This document shows, one piece after another, positions 1 through 13,165 of a stretch of 64,000 nt of DNA. The translations under genes and the position numbers were made by a program. The DNA lies in NCBI RefSeq assembly GCF_006345805.1, contig NC_043017.1, forward strand, positions 17,236,001 to 17,300,000. The letters run 5' to 3'. Below the pieces are notes generated by a model that saw only the letters and a program-made list of their open reading frames with translations, had not been told where the DNA came from and searched no databases. This stretch comes from Octopus sinensis. Taxonomy: Eukaryota. Within the stretch, counting starts at the first letter, position 1. The number at the start of each line of letters is the position of its first letter.

Positions 1-80
1 AAGTTGTTAGTGGTGGTGGCCGCCGTTGTATGATGTGTTGTAGCGATGATGATGATGTTTGTTATGATAGGACATGTATA

Positions 81-106
81 CGTGTGTGTGTGTATGTGTG
101 TGTGTG

Positions 107-149
<43 letters not shown>

Positions 150-273
150 GTGCGTGTGTGTGTGTGCGTGTGTGTGTGTGCGTGTGTGTGTGCGTGTGTG
201 CGTGTGTGTGTGTGCGTGTGTGTGTGTGCGTGTGTGCGTGTGTGTGTGTGCGTGTGTGTGTGTGCGTGTGTGT
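81..273. repeat. (GT)n microsatellite with interspersed GC
   Basis: About 190 bp of GT repeats, directly visible; explains the overlapping VC/HT ORFs. Confidence 0.97.
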
Positions 274-1229
274 GATTTAAGGTTGCCGGTTTGCTTGTTG
301 TGTTATGACACATTAAACAAAACACGAAAACCCTGCTCCTTACTCCGAATAATGCCGCATTACTTTCGAAGGAATTCAATGCAGATTTATAGATAGTCAG
401 TCAGTCAGTTTCTCTCTCTTTCTCTTGGGGTCGACCGCGTCCTCCGCTTCATTTTTTGTTAATCACTCATTCTCATTTAATTGTATATATTTTAATTGTT
501 TGTTTATTCATGTTTCGTCTCATTCGATACCCTGACCCCAACGTTTGTTTTGTCCCCTCTTTTTCTCAACCTTATGGTGAATAAAGAAATACTCTCTCTC
601 TCTCTCCCTCTTTCTTCCCTCCCTCTCTTTCCCTATCTCTATCCTCCCTCTCTCTCTCTCTCTTTTACTGTCAATTTCTTTCACTGTCGCTGTTTGTATC
701 TCTGTCTTCCTCTCACTCTCTCAATGTCTGCCTGTCTGTCACTCTCTCTGTCTCACTGTACCTGTTTGTTGGTCTTTCTCTCACTATCTTCGTCTTTCTC
801 TCTTTTTCTCTCTTCCTCTCACTCACTGTCTGCCCATCTTTCATTATCTCTGCATCACTGATTGTCAATCTGTCTGTCTCTCTCTATTTTCGCGTTCACT
901 GTCTACTTGTTTCTCTCTTCTCTCTCGACACAACGCCACCAGTTTTGACGAGATTCTAATAAATTAGAGAATCTGAACTCTCAGAACTCAAAGACCGGAA
1001 TGAATACCACAAGGCACCTCGCCGTCCATTTAATATCTTTGAGTGTTGTCTATCGACATTCGAATGATAAAAGGCAGAGTTATCCTGAACGGCATTTGAA
1101 CTCGAGAGCAGAGGTTCGAGACAAGTACGTTAAACATTTGATCCAGAGCGCCATCGACTCCACCGCATAAGCAATACCAATGATTATATTGTTTCTAATT
1201 TTTATGACCATGAATTTTAAAAGGAGATA

Positions 1230-1388
1230 TATGTCGATCAAATCGACCCCAGTGCTTGATTGGTACTTTATCGACGCCGAAAATAAAATGAAAGGCAAAG
1301 TCGACTTCGGCGGAATTTGATCTCAGAACTTGAAAGAGCCGAAAGAAAAGGCTGCTAAGTATTTTGTGTGAAGCGCTAACGATTCTGC
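1230..1388 (-). mobile_element. SINE family A, older partial copy
   Basis: Diverged reverse complement of the family A core (AAAGGCAAAGTCGACTTCGGCGGAATTTGA). Confidence 0.8.
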
Positions 1389-1417
1389 TTTGATATAATG
1401 GTATCTGATGAGAACAA

Positions 1418-1649
1418 GGCGGTGAGCTGGCAGAATCGTTAGCACGCCGGGCGAAATGCGTAGCCGTATTTCGTCTGCCGTTACGTTCTGAGTTCAAATT
1501 CCGCAGAGGTCGACTTTGCCTTTCATCCTTTATGGGTCGATAAATTAAGGACCAGTTACGCACTGGGGTCTATATAATCGACTTAATCCGTTTGTCTGTC
1601 CTTGATTGTCCTCTCCGTGTTTAGCCCCTTGTGGGTAGTAAAGAAATAG
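1418..1649 (+). mobile_element. tRNA-derived SINE family A, full length (~230 bp), Meta/MESC-like central domain
   Basis: Pol III A-box-like TGGCAGAATCGTTAG and B-box-like GAGTTCAAATTCC; core GCCTTTCATCCTT..GGGTCGATAAATTAAG; tail ends AAAGAAATA; diverged TSD ggtatctgatgagaac / gatatcagatgaggac. The domain name is recalled similarity, not a search result. Confidence 0.9.
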
Positions 1650-2876
1650 ATATCAGATGAGGACGACTTTACCAAAGAAGGTTACAAGCTGAGGAGGCGA
1701 GTACATAAAATAAGGTATGGACAAAAATTAGTGTCAGTTGGGAGAAATGAGATCAAATGTAAAAAAAAAAAGTAGGTGCTAATACTGAATTCGGGAACAG
1801 TCTATCTTGTTCATTTTAGTCATGTGCTCTACTTTTGTTTTGATATAAGTCTGGGTACTAACGGTAAAGTAAGGCAATTGTGTTGACGAATCCTTGAGTC
1901 TTCTGATTATCTCTCCACTTCTCATGTGGAGCTGGTCTTTATTGCCATTTGGTAATTATGATACGACCTCGGGAAGCGAAGAACATTTTAATAAATCACA
2001 AGTTTATGTTGTATGGTATTCGATATACCTGTATCTCTTGTTTAGAAACAGTTTTGTGAAGATGAAAAATATTTACCGCTAGTGTATGTATGCATATATT
2101 ATGCGTGTGTTTGTATGTTATATCTGTGTGTGAGTGTGTGCATTGTGTATGTGTCCGCGTGCGATGTGTATGTATGCATGTGTGTGTGTGTGTGCGCGCG
2201 CGCGTGGCAGTGTCCCCAGGTGAGTCTGTTTTCGAGAAGATTTATGATCGTAGACTTTTCCGTCATCGTTATAAAAAAAAAAAAGTCGCGTGTGTGTGTG
2301 AGTTTGCAGGGTGTCGCTAGGGGTAGATTTGGTCTCTTTTCCCATTTTTTTTTCTTTTCGCGAACTGAGACACAGCATAGAGGCTCGTTAGATATGTCCG
2401 GTTCTTTTGGTTTAGTTCGTTATTTGTCATATGTTCATAGGTGGATGTCAAGAATAATCCCCTGTTCATTTGTAACAGTCACGATTCAAAGCTATTCGTT
2501 AAGACACATGTATGCGTAAGTATATGTATGTCGCAGAAGGGAAGTGTATGTAGTATGTTTATACTTATAGTGGAAGGGTGTGTGTAAAGCAAAAAAAAAG
2601 TGGGTGGAAACACGCATAAGAATCGCAACGAGATCAATGTAAAAGAAAATGGCGGCAGAGTATTTCAGAAGTACAAAATGATTGAATACAATTCAGTTGT
2701 TTTCTTCATAGGTGCTTGGTTGCTTTTGCGTACAGGGGTACATAGACAGCTGTTGGCGTCTATAACCACACAGAGAATAGATAGACACACACACACGCAT
2801 ATATAGATAGATAGACAGATAGATAGGGAGAGAGAGAAGTTGATAGGGAGAAATATAGGTAGATAGATAGAGGAAG

Positions 2877-2935
<59 letters not shown>

Positions 2936-3163
2936 TATATATAGGAAATTTTGAAAATCGTTCTTAAACTAAGTGGCGACGTTGATTACGTAAAATAAAG
3001 TTTATTTTTTTAATTTAAAATTAATATGTTGATATTACGCTGTCAAAGCTCGTGAAATTTTCTTTATTTTGATATAAATCTTAAATCAAAAATTACATCT
3101 TGAATTTATAAAACATACCATTTTAACATTAGTATACTAGCGTTCTTGAATTAAATGGCGCCA

Positions 3164-3260
<97 letters not shown>

Positions 3261-3265
3261 GGCAG

Positions 3266-3340
<75 letters not shown>

Positions 3341-3341
3341 A

Positions 3342-3532
3342 ATGTCTTCTACTATAGCATCGGGCCAACCGAACATTGTGGGCGGATTTGGTAGACCGAA
3401 ACTGAAAGAAGCTCGTCTTGTGTATATATATATGTCTGTATCTGTATGTGTGTCTTTATGTCTGGGGTCGGTCTCTTTGACTAAAACCATTTAAGGCGTT
3501 TCCCCAGCATGGCCGCAGTCAAATGACTGAAG
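3342..3532 (+). mobile_element. SINE family B, partial
   Basis: GTCTTCTACTATAGC...GTAGACCGAAACTGAAAGAAGC and tail CCAGCATGGCCGCAGTCAAATGACTGAA shared with full-length copies. Confidence 0.8.
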
Positions 3533-4137
3533 TACACATATACAAAGTCATTATAACCGTTATTTTATGAACATTTTTCTCGCCTTTCTCCTATTATGTT
3601 TCGTTTCCCGACTTTCAAACGAAAAAACAAAATTAACGATGTCAGCCATTTTCTCGTTCGTGAAATGAATGAACAAACATATAAGAAAGAAATAAAGGTA
3701 TAAACTATAAAGACTAAAATATAAAGACTGAAGATATAAACATAAATATATAGCCATAATGATGTATAGACTATGATATAAAAACATAATGGAAGAAAAA
3801 AAAGCCAAAGATATAAAGACTTAATAACAAAGGTATATTGGCTAAAGCTTTTGATATAAAGATGTCGAATAAGATATCAACGTATAAGAAATAGAAAGCA
3901 GGAAATAAACAAACAAACGAAACGACAAAACCAAAAACACAAGATAAAGCCCTGCAATAACGGATTTCCTTAGTAGTAGACAGTACAGTTTGTCTTGTTT
4001 TCTCTTCCGCCTGTCCACTATTTTACGTGATGTTAAAGAAACTATCTGTTATATTCTAAACCAGTGTTTTTCAACCATTCTTTGCCTATGGACCCTTTTG
4101 ATTCCTCTTTTACTCGTATGGACCGTCCTAGCCATTC

Positions 4138-4325
4138 GATGGCGGAGAACAATAACAAAAGATCTTAAAAGCAATGGGTTAACAATGGGACAAGCTGTCA
4201 AGGACGCTCTCAGTGTTAGAAGGTGGAATGATCTTGCTGTCACCTCAAGTGCCTCAAGACACAATGAGAACCGAATGAATGAATGAATGAATGAATGAAT
4301 GAATCACTGCATGAATGAATGAATA
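4138..4325 (+). mobile_element. RTE-like LINE 3' end with (GAAT)n tail
   Basis: Translates RWRRTITKDLKSNGLTMGQAVKDALSVRRWNDLAVTSSASRH, resembling an RTE ORF C-terminus, followed by (GAAT)n. Confidence 0.65.
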
Positions 4326-4430
4326 CAAAGCACTGTTTAAAATATTCTGTGTATAGAAGTATAACCGATTTTATTGCACATCATTTTTAACAACAATATC
4401 TCATATGTACCCCGAAGGGTCATATGTACC

Positions 4431-4658
4431 TATTTCTTTACTACCCACAAGGGGCTAAACACAGAGAAGACAAACAAGGACAGACAAACGGATTAAGTCG
4501 ATTACATCGACCCCAATGCGTAACTGGTACTTAATTTATCGACCCCGAAAGGATGAAAGGCAAAGTCGACCTCGGCGGAATTTGAACCCAGAACGTAGAG
4601 ACAGACGAAATACCGCTAAGCATTTCGCCCGGCGTGCTAACGATTCTGCCGGCTCGCC
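4431..4658 (-). mobile_element. SINE family A, full length
   Basis: Near-identical reverse complement of 1418-1649. Confidence 0.92.
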
Positions 4659-4711
4659 GTGAAAACCACTGGTCTAAGCTAATAAGGGAGAAGGAATTAG
4701 ATGACTGCAAC

Positions 4712-4753
<42 letters not shown>

Positions 4754-5078
4754 CGTGTGTGAAGGTGCGTCACTTAGCGGCGAGGGTGTTGCATTCTCGA
4801 TCGCCAGATCGTGCTTATGACTCTCCAAGTCGGTTGCGCATAGTAATCTTGAGCGAAATACTTCATTTTACGTTGCTCCAGTCCACTCAGATGAAAATGG
4901 ATGACACTGCGACCGACTGGCGTTCCGTTTAAGAAGAGTGACGGCCTACCCACCTAACAGCTAAATGGTATCTTCGGTAGTTAAAAGAATGCGCAACGCA
5001 TCGTAACCAGCGATGTATAACGAGATCCCACAGTCTGGTCAACAACTACCGTGACATTATATATATATATATATATAA

Positions 5079-5272
5079 AGTTAATCCAAACATGAAAGCA
5101 CACAAAAACACAACAACGCGAGGACGTGGAACAAATATAGTATTATTGGACGCTCAGGAAAGAAGGAGAGTTTAACGTTTCGAGCGGAGCTCTTTTTCGG
5201 AAACATAGGAGAAGGAAAGATTCAGAGAAGGGAAGACGGAGGAAAAAAAATCGCCAACGGTACACACGCGGT

Positions 5273-5273
<1 letters not shown>
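5079..5273 (-). mobile_element. (TA)n-flanked non-autonomous element with degenerate hammerhead-like motif
   Basis: Minus strand CCGAAAA-A-GAGC-TCC-GCTC-GAAA-CG-TT; truncated second copy at 49430-49522. Confidence 0.6.
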
Positions 5274-5308
<35 letters not shown>

Positions 5309-5598
5309 ATAGTAACACAATACCGACCAGATCATCAGATGCTGTTATACACTGCTGGTTACAATGCGCTTCCAATTTTGTGTTGATCGTGCCATTCTTT
5401 TCTATGTTGGCCGAAATTGCTTAACCAAATCGTCTTAGACTAACAGAGATTACTTAGACTGCCACACTGATATAGTGACTAATATAGGCAGAGATATGTA
5501 GGCAGATATAAACGGATTAAGAGAAAAGTACATACAGATTAACAGACATAGACTATCTGTATGAGACAGGGCACAACATGCACTCTGAGGTATATATA

Positions 5599-5827
5599 TA
5601 TTTCTTTACTACCCACAAGGGGCTAAACACAGAGGACAAACAAGGACAGACAAAGGGATTAAGTCGATTACATCGACCCCAGTGCGCAACTGGTACTTAA
5701 TTTATCGACCCCGAAAGGATGAAAGGCAAAGTCGACCTCGGCGGAATTTGAACTCAGAACGTAACGGCAGACGAAATACGGCCACGCATTTCGCCCGGCG
5801 TGCTAACGTTTCTGCCAGCTCGCCGCC
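5599..5827 (-). mobile_element. SINE family A, full length
   Basis: Reverse complement of family A; flanked by ggtatatata on both sides. Confidence 0.92.
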
Positions 5828-6080
5828 TTTGGTATATATAGGGTATATATAGGGAGTTAGACCCTGAGATAGACTGGAACGCATAGTGAGAAGGAGGTGA
5901 AGGTAGACTAACAAAGATTGACTATCGATATAGCGAGTTAAGCAATGTCTAAAACAGGAACAGAGAGAGAGGCAACGACGGACAGAATATCATAGATACA
6001 TAGATTGCGATATAATGGTTACAGATAAGGGAGAGAGGATAGCAAAGAGGACGAGAAGTTGAAGCAAATATGAGCCAGCG

Positions 6081-6460
6081 ATAGGCGTGGTTGTGTGGTA
6101 AGAAATTTGCTTCCCAGCCACACAGTTCAGGGTTCAGTCTCACTGTGTGGCACCTTGGGTTAAGTGTCTTCTATCATAGCCTCAGACCGACCTAAGCCTT
6201 GAAAGTGAAACTGGAAGAAGCCCTTCGTGTGTGTATGTGCGTGTGTGTGTGTGAGAGACCACCGCTCGACAACCGGTGTTGGTGTGCTTACGTTCCCGTA
6301 ACTTAGCACTTCGGCAAGTAAGACCGGTAGAATATGTAACGAGCTTTAAAAGAAAGACAAATACTAGGGGGTCAATATATTCGACTAAAATTCTTCAAGG
6401 CTGTGCTCCAGCATGATCGCATTCTAATGACTGAGACATGTAAAAGATTAAAGAAAAATA
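6081..6460 (+). mobile_element. tRNA-derived SINE family B (~400 bp, CORE-like CCTTGGGCAAGT motif, internal microsatellite)
   Basis: A box TGGTTGTGTGGTAAG, B box GGTTCAGTCTC, internal (GT)n, tail CCAGCATGATCGCA..TGACTGAGAC. Confidence 0.85.
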
Positions 6461-7027
6461 AAGATACATGCATACATGCAGACAGACTGAGAAAGAGATT
6501 TGTAGTTTTGACCTTGAAATATTGTGGAGTAATTTAGGTAATCCTGAAATAAGAATAGAAGAGTGGGGGTGGGGGAAAAGGTGAAGGGGAAGCGGGGTTG
6601 GAAGGTGAAGGAAGTCATTGAAAATAGAATGAAAAGTGTACGTGTGCACAGGTTGTACTAACAGCAGTTGTAAGTTTAAGGTGAGAGAGAGCGAGAGAGA
6701 GAGCGAGAGAGAGAGAGAGAGACAGTGATGACGTAATTAGTATAAGCTGTATACTGCTAGCACGTAGACTACTTAGTTATTTAGTATATAGTCAATTGAC
6801 TACGTGCTGTCAGTATATAGTACATACACACACCTGTATGCGTCCGCGTGTGTGTTTATGTGTAAACAAACACCGTTATACACAAATGCATATTTTTCCC
6901 CTATATATATATATATATATATATACTCACACACAAAAGTATATGCCCACGTGTATACTGGCAAGTGCACATTATATATATGTGTGTGTGTGTGTGTATG
7001 TGTGTGTATGTGTGTGTATGTGTGTGT

Positions 7028-7240
7028 GTGGCGTAGGTGTGTTGGCAGAATGGTTAAACACCCGGACAAAAATGCTTAGCGGCATTTCGTCCGTTTTTAT
7101 GTGCTGAGCTCAAATTCCGCCGAGGTCGGCTTTGCCTGTCATACTTTCAGATAAAATAACAGTTGGGCACCGGGGGCTTTATGATCGACTTATACCCCGC
7201 CCCCACACAAATTGCTGGCCTTGTGCCAAAAGTTGAATTC
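7028..7240 (+). mobile_element. SINE family A, older subfamily with alternative tail
   Basis: Family A head and core with tail CAAATTGCTGGCCTTGTGCCAAAAGTTGAA. Confidence 0.75.
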
Positions 7241-7706
7241 AAATATATGCACACATACACACACACATATACATATATATACATATATATATAAATGCAT
7301 GTATGTACGCGTGTGCGCAAAAGGAGGCGCGCACGCACACACACACAGGTGCACCATCAATTTTGCGGTATCTTTGGTTTCAGACTAGTGATGATTTCTC
7401 AATTTTGCCAGATTAAATGAAGTCATTACAAGGACATTGTATGAAGTCGACATCCACTTTAACCACACTTGAATCGTTGGCGATTTCTATCCCTCCGTCT
7501 TCCTTTTCTAAATTTCTTGGTGCTTGTACAAAATGATGAAATAAATACTAATTTTCAAAACAAAATATCTTAAAGTCAAAATTAAATAAAACAAATTTCT
7601 CATTTGCATAACTCGTCCCTTATCCACTTTATCATTTACTCCTTCTCTTCCTCCACTGTCTCTATGATTCTTTCTCACTCACTGTCTCTGTGTGTGATAT
7701 TCATTC

Positions 7707-7933
7707 GGCGAGCTGGCAGAATCGTTAGCACGCCGGGCGAGATGCTTAGCGGTATTTCGTCTGCCGTTACGTTCTGAGTTCAAATTCCGCGAGGTCGACT
7801 TTGCCGTTCATCCTTTCGGGGTCGATAAATTAAGTACCAGTTACGCACTGGGGTCGATGTAATCGACTTAATTCGTTTGTCTGTCCTTGTTTGTCCCCTC
7901 TATGTTTAGCCCCTTGTGCGTAGTAAAGAAATA
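7707..7933 (+). mobile_element. SINE family A, full length
   Basis: Matches 1418-1649; short gatatt duplication. Confidence 0.92.
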
Positions 7934-8642
7934 GATATTAAATTAATCTTTGCCTGCCACCTAGCCTAGTATGTACACTAATCCGACACCTCTTTCGTTA
8001 ACTCTCCCCGCACCTTTCAGTTACTCTCGCCCCACCCTTCTCTCTAAGGTGTGTCTGGAAAAGGAACTAACCAACCAACATTTATTCCGGCTACATTTAT
8101 AGAGATATTTTTAGGGATGTGCCAGAGAAATAACCACGAGCCTTCCTTTGGCACCCTTTATTCAAGACAGATGCACCAATTAAATTTTCCCATCCTCCCA
8201 CACTGAAGTTCTAATGACTTGGCAGTGGTTGTGTTTTTCTTATTCAAAGCAATGTGGCATGGTGTCTTGTAGAATACAGAATCTCGTCCCAGGCATATTG
8301 TGACACCCGTCCATCACTGCTGCTTTCGCCACAAGAGCTGGTTGGCACCTAGTTTTGCTGACTGTTCCTCGATGCAGATGGCAACAGATATCGTGATACC
8401 GTTAATCAGTTCTTCGTTCTTGTAATGTTTCGTGCTTTTTCAGTAATGGTGGCTTCGTGCGTGTGCACAAGCACTTGTGTGTCTGTACATATGTATGTAT
8501 ATATACAAAAACATACATACATACATACATACACATATATGCATAAGTGAGTGGGTGTTGTATATATCTTTGTATGTGCATATATATATAAATACATACA
8601 TAAATACACAATCACATATATATGTGTGTATTTGTGTGTGTG

Positions 8643-8692
<50 letters not shown>

Positions 8693-9653
8693 CATACATA
8701 AATACACTCACTCACACATTTGTGGATGTGTATGCGTATGTGTGTGTGAGAGAGACTTACAATGAGTGGGTGTATATACACATCTACGACACAGCTGTCT
8801 GGTTGTATAACAATGAGCCATTTACAAGGTTTCCCCAACCATCTTAAACGATAAGCCACACTATTTGATTATCCGAAATGAACATTATCAGTTTCACTAA
8901 TGTCTGTCACATGACTTCTGTTGTTGTTATTGTTGTTGTTGCCCTTTGTTTCTTTGTTACTGTTGGTGTTATAATTATCATCATCGTTGTTGTTGTTGCT
9001 GTTATTGCTGCTGCTACTGCTGCTGCTGCTTCTTGTCATGTGGTTTTTCTTATTGCTCCTGTTGTATTTTGCTTTGCTTAATATTACTCAGATATACACT
9101 TTATAACTGCTTTTCCTGATAATGGCGGTGATGATGTTGACGCTGATAATGAAGAGGATGCTTTTTCTTGGTTTTCTTGCTGTTGAACTTCACCGCTTTC
9201 GTCTGACATTTTTTTTTAACAGTCAGGATCTTAGTATATATTTATGTATTTGTTTCCCAACCACCACCACCACCACCACCCACTACCACCATTCCAACGA
9301 AATATTACAATTTCTCCCTCTCTCTCCCTGTTACCCATCGCTATGTAAATAAACATCTCATTAACATACACTGAAACAGGAGCAAATAATTCCAACAGTC
9401 GACACATTTCTCTTTGTTTTACGAGCTTCTCTCACTCTCTTTCCTCTCTTTCATATTAATAAATTCTTCCTCTGTCTTTATAAAATATCATTTGTGAAGC
9501 ACTCCCTACACACACTCTCTCTCTCAAAGTCTTTGAGAGAAAAACATCCACCATCCCCCACTAACAATTTGATCAGATGCTCTACCATTTCTGCCACTGT
9601 TCTCTGTAGAATATTGGCACAAGGCCATGCCTTTGGAATAGAGAACGAGTGAT

Positions 9654-9689
<36 letters not shown>

Positions 9690-9954
9690 ATATATATATG
9701 CATGCACGTATGTATATGTATGTCTGTGTCACAAGTTCACCGATGCGAACGGGTGAGTGGAAATGTTTTTGAATCAAATAGCTGATAGCGATTCGCTACC
9801 TTAAGTACCGGTACCAAATTGAACTAAATACCAATATGCTTTAAGCCCTGAGGTCGAATTCTTCGACAAAATCTCTCTTAGGACGGTGCCCCAGCATAGC
9901 TGCAGCCAAATGATGACTGAAACAATATATATATATATATAATTATATATATAT

Positions 9955-10041
9955 TCAAAATAAGCAGCAAGAATGACTCCGGTAATTTGGTACGATCGTT
10001 TCGTACCAAATTACCGGAGTCATTCTTGTTGCTTATTTTGA
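9955..10041. repeat. Near-perfect palindrome (41-bp arms, 5-nt loop)
   Basis: 9955-9995 is the reverse complement of 10001-10041 with one mismatch; abuts (TA)n. Confidence 0.95.
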
Positions 10042-10149
10042 TTATAATCACCCCACGGATTTTTATGGATAACACCATACAGAATTCTGGTGCATCTAAA
10101 TTAAGTACCATATCCATTTGAATCTAAATTTTTGCTGAACTTATATATA

Positions 10150-10460
10150 TATATAAAATACAAAATGAGACTAGAACGCAAAACATCCAGACAACTAGGA
10201 AATACAAAAATGGGACAACAAAACATTCAGATTGACGATACAAAGAAAACAAGGACGGGTCATTCGAAGTTTTCTTTCCTCAGTCAAGTATCAATCAGAT
10301 TATCTTCGCAATTTCCTGGCCAGCCCCAAGGAAAATCTATGCTAAGAGCATTAGATTCCTTGGAAGAAAGCAGCGAATGTATACAAAAACAAGGATGGGA
10401 AAAAAACGGACAATGTTATTCAAATACAATAAAAACAGGACATAACAACAGGTGTCTTTA
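10150..10460 (-). mobile_element. Microsatellite-flanked dispersed repeat family (other copies 33806-34025 and 52050-52310)
   Basis: Shared GACGATAC, GACGGRTCATT, CAGTCAAG and TAAGAGCATTAGATT blocks in three copies; CTGANGA motif on this strand. Confidence 0.75.
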
Positions 10461-10560
10461 CACACACTCACACACACACAGACACACGTGTGTGTGCTTG
10501 TTTGTACTCCTGACACTTCCTGACGGCCGGTGTTGGCTTGTAACTTAGCAATCATATAGA

Positions 10561-10595
<35 letters not shown>

Positions 10596-10733
10596 GTTAG
10601 GGCGGGGCGGGGGAGAGTCGCGTCTCCACCTAGTAATGTCTGCCAAGGTGTGCGTATTGCACTCACTATATGCTTGTGTATGTGTGTCTTTGCGTTTATG
10701 TGTCCAAATGTATACGTACTGCACTCAGTGATT

Positions 10734-11135
10734 GTGTGAATGTAGATGTGTGTGTGTGTGTGTGTGTGTAAACGTAGATGTGTGTGTATGTGTGTGTGAA
10801 TGTAGATGTGTGTGTGTGTGTGTAAACGTAGATGTGTGTGTATGTGTGTGTGAATGTAGATGTGTGTGTGAATGTAGATGTGTGTGTGTGTGTGTGAATG
10901 TAGATGTGTGGGTATGTGTGTGAATGTAGATGTGTGTGTATGTGTGTGAATGTAGATGTGTGTGTGTGCGAATGTAGATGAGTGTGTGTGTGAATGTAGA
11001 TGTGTGTGTGTGTGTGTGAATGTAGATGTGTGTGTGTGTGTGTGAATGTAGATGTGTGTGAATGTAGATGTGTGTGTGAATGTAGATGTGTGTGTGTGTG
11101 TGTGTGTGTGAATGTAGATGTGTGTGTGTGTGTAT
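10734..11135. repeat. Compound minisatellite [GAATGTAGAT(GT)n]
   Basis: About 17 units of a 10-bp motif separated by variable GT runs; source of the 235-aa HT-rich ORF. Confidence 0.92.
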
Positions 11136-11721
11136 AAACGCGACAGTTTTTATGTGTGTAAGTTCTTGTATACAACTGTGTACTGATACTATATTCTGTA
11201 AAGATATTTGTATGTGTTTGTGTGTGTTTGCGTACGTGTGAACACGTGTATGTGTGTGTGTGTGCGTGCATGCGTCTATTTAACAACAATCGTGTGTTTT
11301 TGTGAGCGCGCGCGTATGTGTGTGTGTGTGTACGTGCGTCTATATACAAGCATCTGCCTGTTGCTAAAAAACAATGAAACCTAAAAAAACATGACCCACT
11401 CAATGGAACACAGGACTACTACTACTAATACTACTACTACTACTACTATCATCATCATCATCACCATCAGCAGCAGAAAAACTGAGAGAAATCACTTGCC
11501 TAATGGTATGTCAAGGTAACTCTGCGTGCGCGCGTGCGTGTGTGTGGTGTGTGTGTGTGTGTATGTGTGTTTGTGAGTGGGTGTATGGGCGAGATATCAC
11601 TCATCGCCACATATGTCGGGGTACCCCGCATTATTCAAGGTGGTTGTCCTGCCCTACATTTTGATGATCGTCACGTCATTTCGCCATTCTCTTACGTAAT
11701 TCTTGTATTGTTATTATTATC

Positions 11722-12100
11722 CTAATAAGTTTGGATCAGTCGAAACCTTTTGATAGAGTCGACCATCAATACTTGTAGCCTGTCCACTCGGCGGCCGGAT
11801 TCGCTCCCGTTTTCAGAGGCTGCATCGGTGCAATGTACAGCGACTGCTGTGCTGTGGTCAAAGCAAATGGCCATATGTTAGAGTCATTGAACATCGCACG
11901 TTCGGTTCGTCAAGGATACCCGCTCTCACCACTTCTATACGTGCCAGCTCTTGAGCCATTGCTATGGAAACGAGATGTTTCGAGAGGTATCCCGCGTGAA
12001 CTAGGATGCGGAAAGTAAGTGTCGGCTTATGCAGACGACGATGACACCGTAATAGTGTCGGATATTTCGGGAACTGATGTGATCGGCACCACCCTAAGGG
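11722..12100 (+). mobile_element. L1/Tx1-clade LINE reverse transcriptase fragment, decayed
   Basis: One frame reads ISLDQSKPFDRVDHQYL*...VVKANG...RSVRQGYPLSPLLYVPALEPLL...*VSAYADD, with two in-frame stops. Confidence 0.9.
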
Positions 12101-12472
12101 ATTCCCCAGGACGGATCCGATTATCGGGAGGATCGCCTCACCGCCTTCTTTTGGCTGTGAGTTCGCCCACGGTGCTGCCATCGTGGTAATTGTTGTTGTT
12201 ATTGCCATCATCGTCACCACCGCTGCAGTTGTCATTGTTAGTCGTGTTGTTGATGCTGTTGCAGCCCTCTTTGAAGTTATTGTGTGCGTTTGTAACTGTA
12301 TATGGGTTCGATTCTTATGTTGTTTGTATCCATACTCTTTATATAGATTTATTTATTATCTACCTCTATTTCTTATATTTATCACGGGTATGTGCTTGTG
12401 CATATATGTCTATTGTGATATTCCTATATCATATGTCATAAACGTAATATATATATATATATATATATATAT

Positions 12473-12900
12473 GTGAAAAAACAAGTAAAAAATAGAAAAT
12501 GCTAAAATAATTTTATAGTGAACATTTCAGTACCGGTTTCGTCATTTTGAGACCTTTTCAACTGTAACGATTAAATAATTAAATTTAGAAAAATTAGAAG
12601 AAAAGTTTTTTTAAAAGAATATTTCTATAGTAGTGTTCAGATTTAAGTGGCATTCTCCTTTCTCTGACTCCTTGTTGCACTTGTGTGTTCGATGGTAGTT
12701 GTGAGTTCTTGGTAGGGTAGTAGAGGGAAGCTGGTGAGGAAAGGGGGGGGGGAGAATCTGGGAGTGCCCTGATGGTCGTTTTGAATGGTCAGTGGCGGCT
12801 GGCAGTCGTCATTCAATTCGGAGAATATTTATATTGACATGCTTGTTTATAGAATTAGCGTAGGTGTTATACTAAAAACTTATTGAACAAACTTAAGGGT
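12473..12900 (-). mobile_element. (TA)n-abutting Penelope-like remnant with hammerhead-like motif at 12522-12570
   Basis: Minus strand CAG-TTGAAAA-GGTC-tcaaaat-GAC-GAAA-CCGG-TA-CTG; right boundary uncertain. Confidence 0.5.
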
Positions 12901-13165
12901 AGGGGTGAAGAAGAAGAAGAAGAAGAAGAAGAAGGAGAAGGAGAAGATGATGGTGATGGTGGTGATGATGATGATAACGATGATGATGAGAAGAAGAGAA
13001 GAAGAAAGGAGGAGAAAGGAAAGATGGTGGTGATGAATGGTGGCGATTGATGATGACGCCGATTATGATGATGATAACGATGATGATAAGAAAAGGAGGA
13101 AGAAGAAGAAGAAGAAAAAAACAGAGAAGGGAGAATATGAATGGGTGTATATATATATATATATA

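Larger units (their letters stand above)
4062..4671. mobile_element. hAT/Charlie-like MITE interrupted by an RTE tail and a SINE
   Basis: Termini CAGTGTTTTTCAAC ... GTGAAAACCACTG; 8-bp flanks ttctaaac / gtctaagc with central TA; subterminal TATGGACCC-like motifs; related copies at 14957, 30466 and 50494. Confidence 0.75.

Noticed and set aside
30-396. ORFs encoding VC/HT/YI/LS dipeptide runs, here and throughout (e.g. 10696-11403, 59458-62647)
   Set aside because: Translations of stop-free dinucleotide microsatellites in several overlapping frames; no coding signal
2205-2226. Consensus splice donor CAG/GTGAGT, with a YY1-like AAAATGGCGGC at ~2646
   Set aside because: No supportable exon upstream (microsatellite); such motifs occur by chance in 64 kb
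10734-11135. CRISPR-like repeat-spacer periodicity
   Set aside because: The spacers are only GT runs, the repeat is 10 bp, the context is eukaryotic and there are no cas genes
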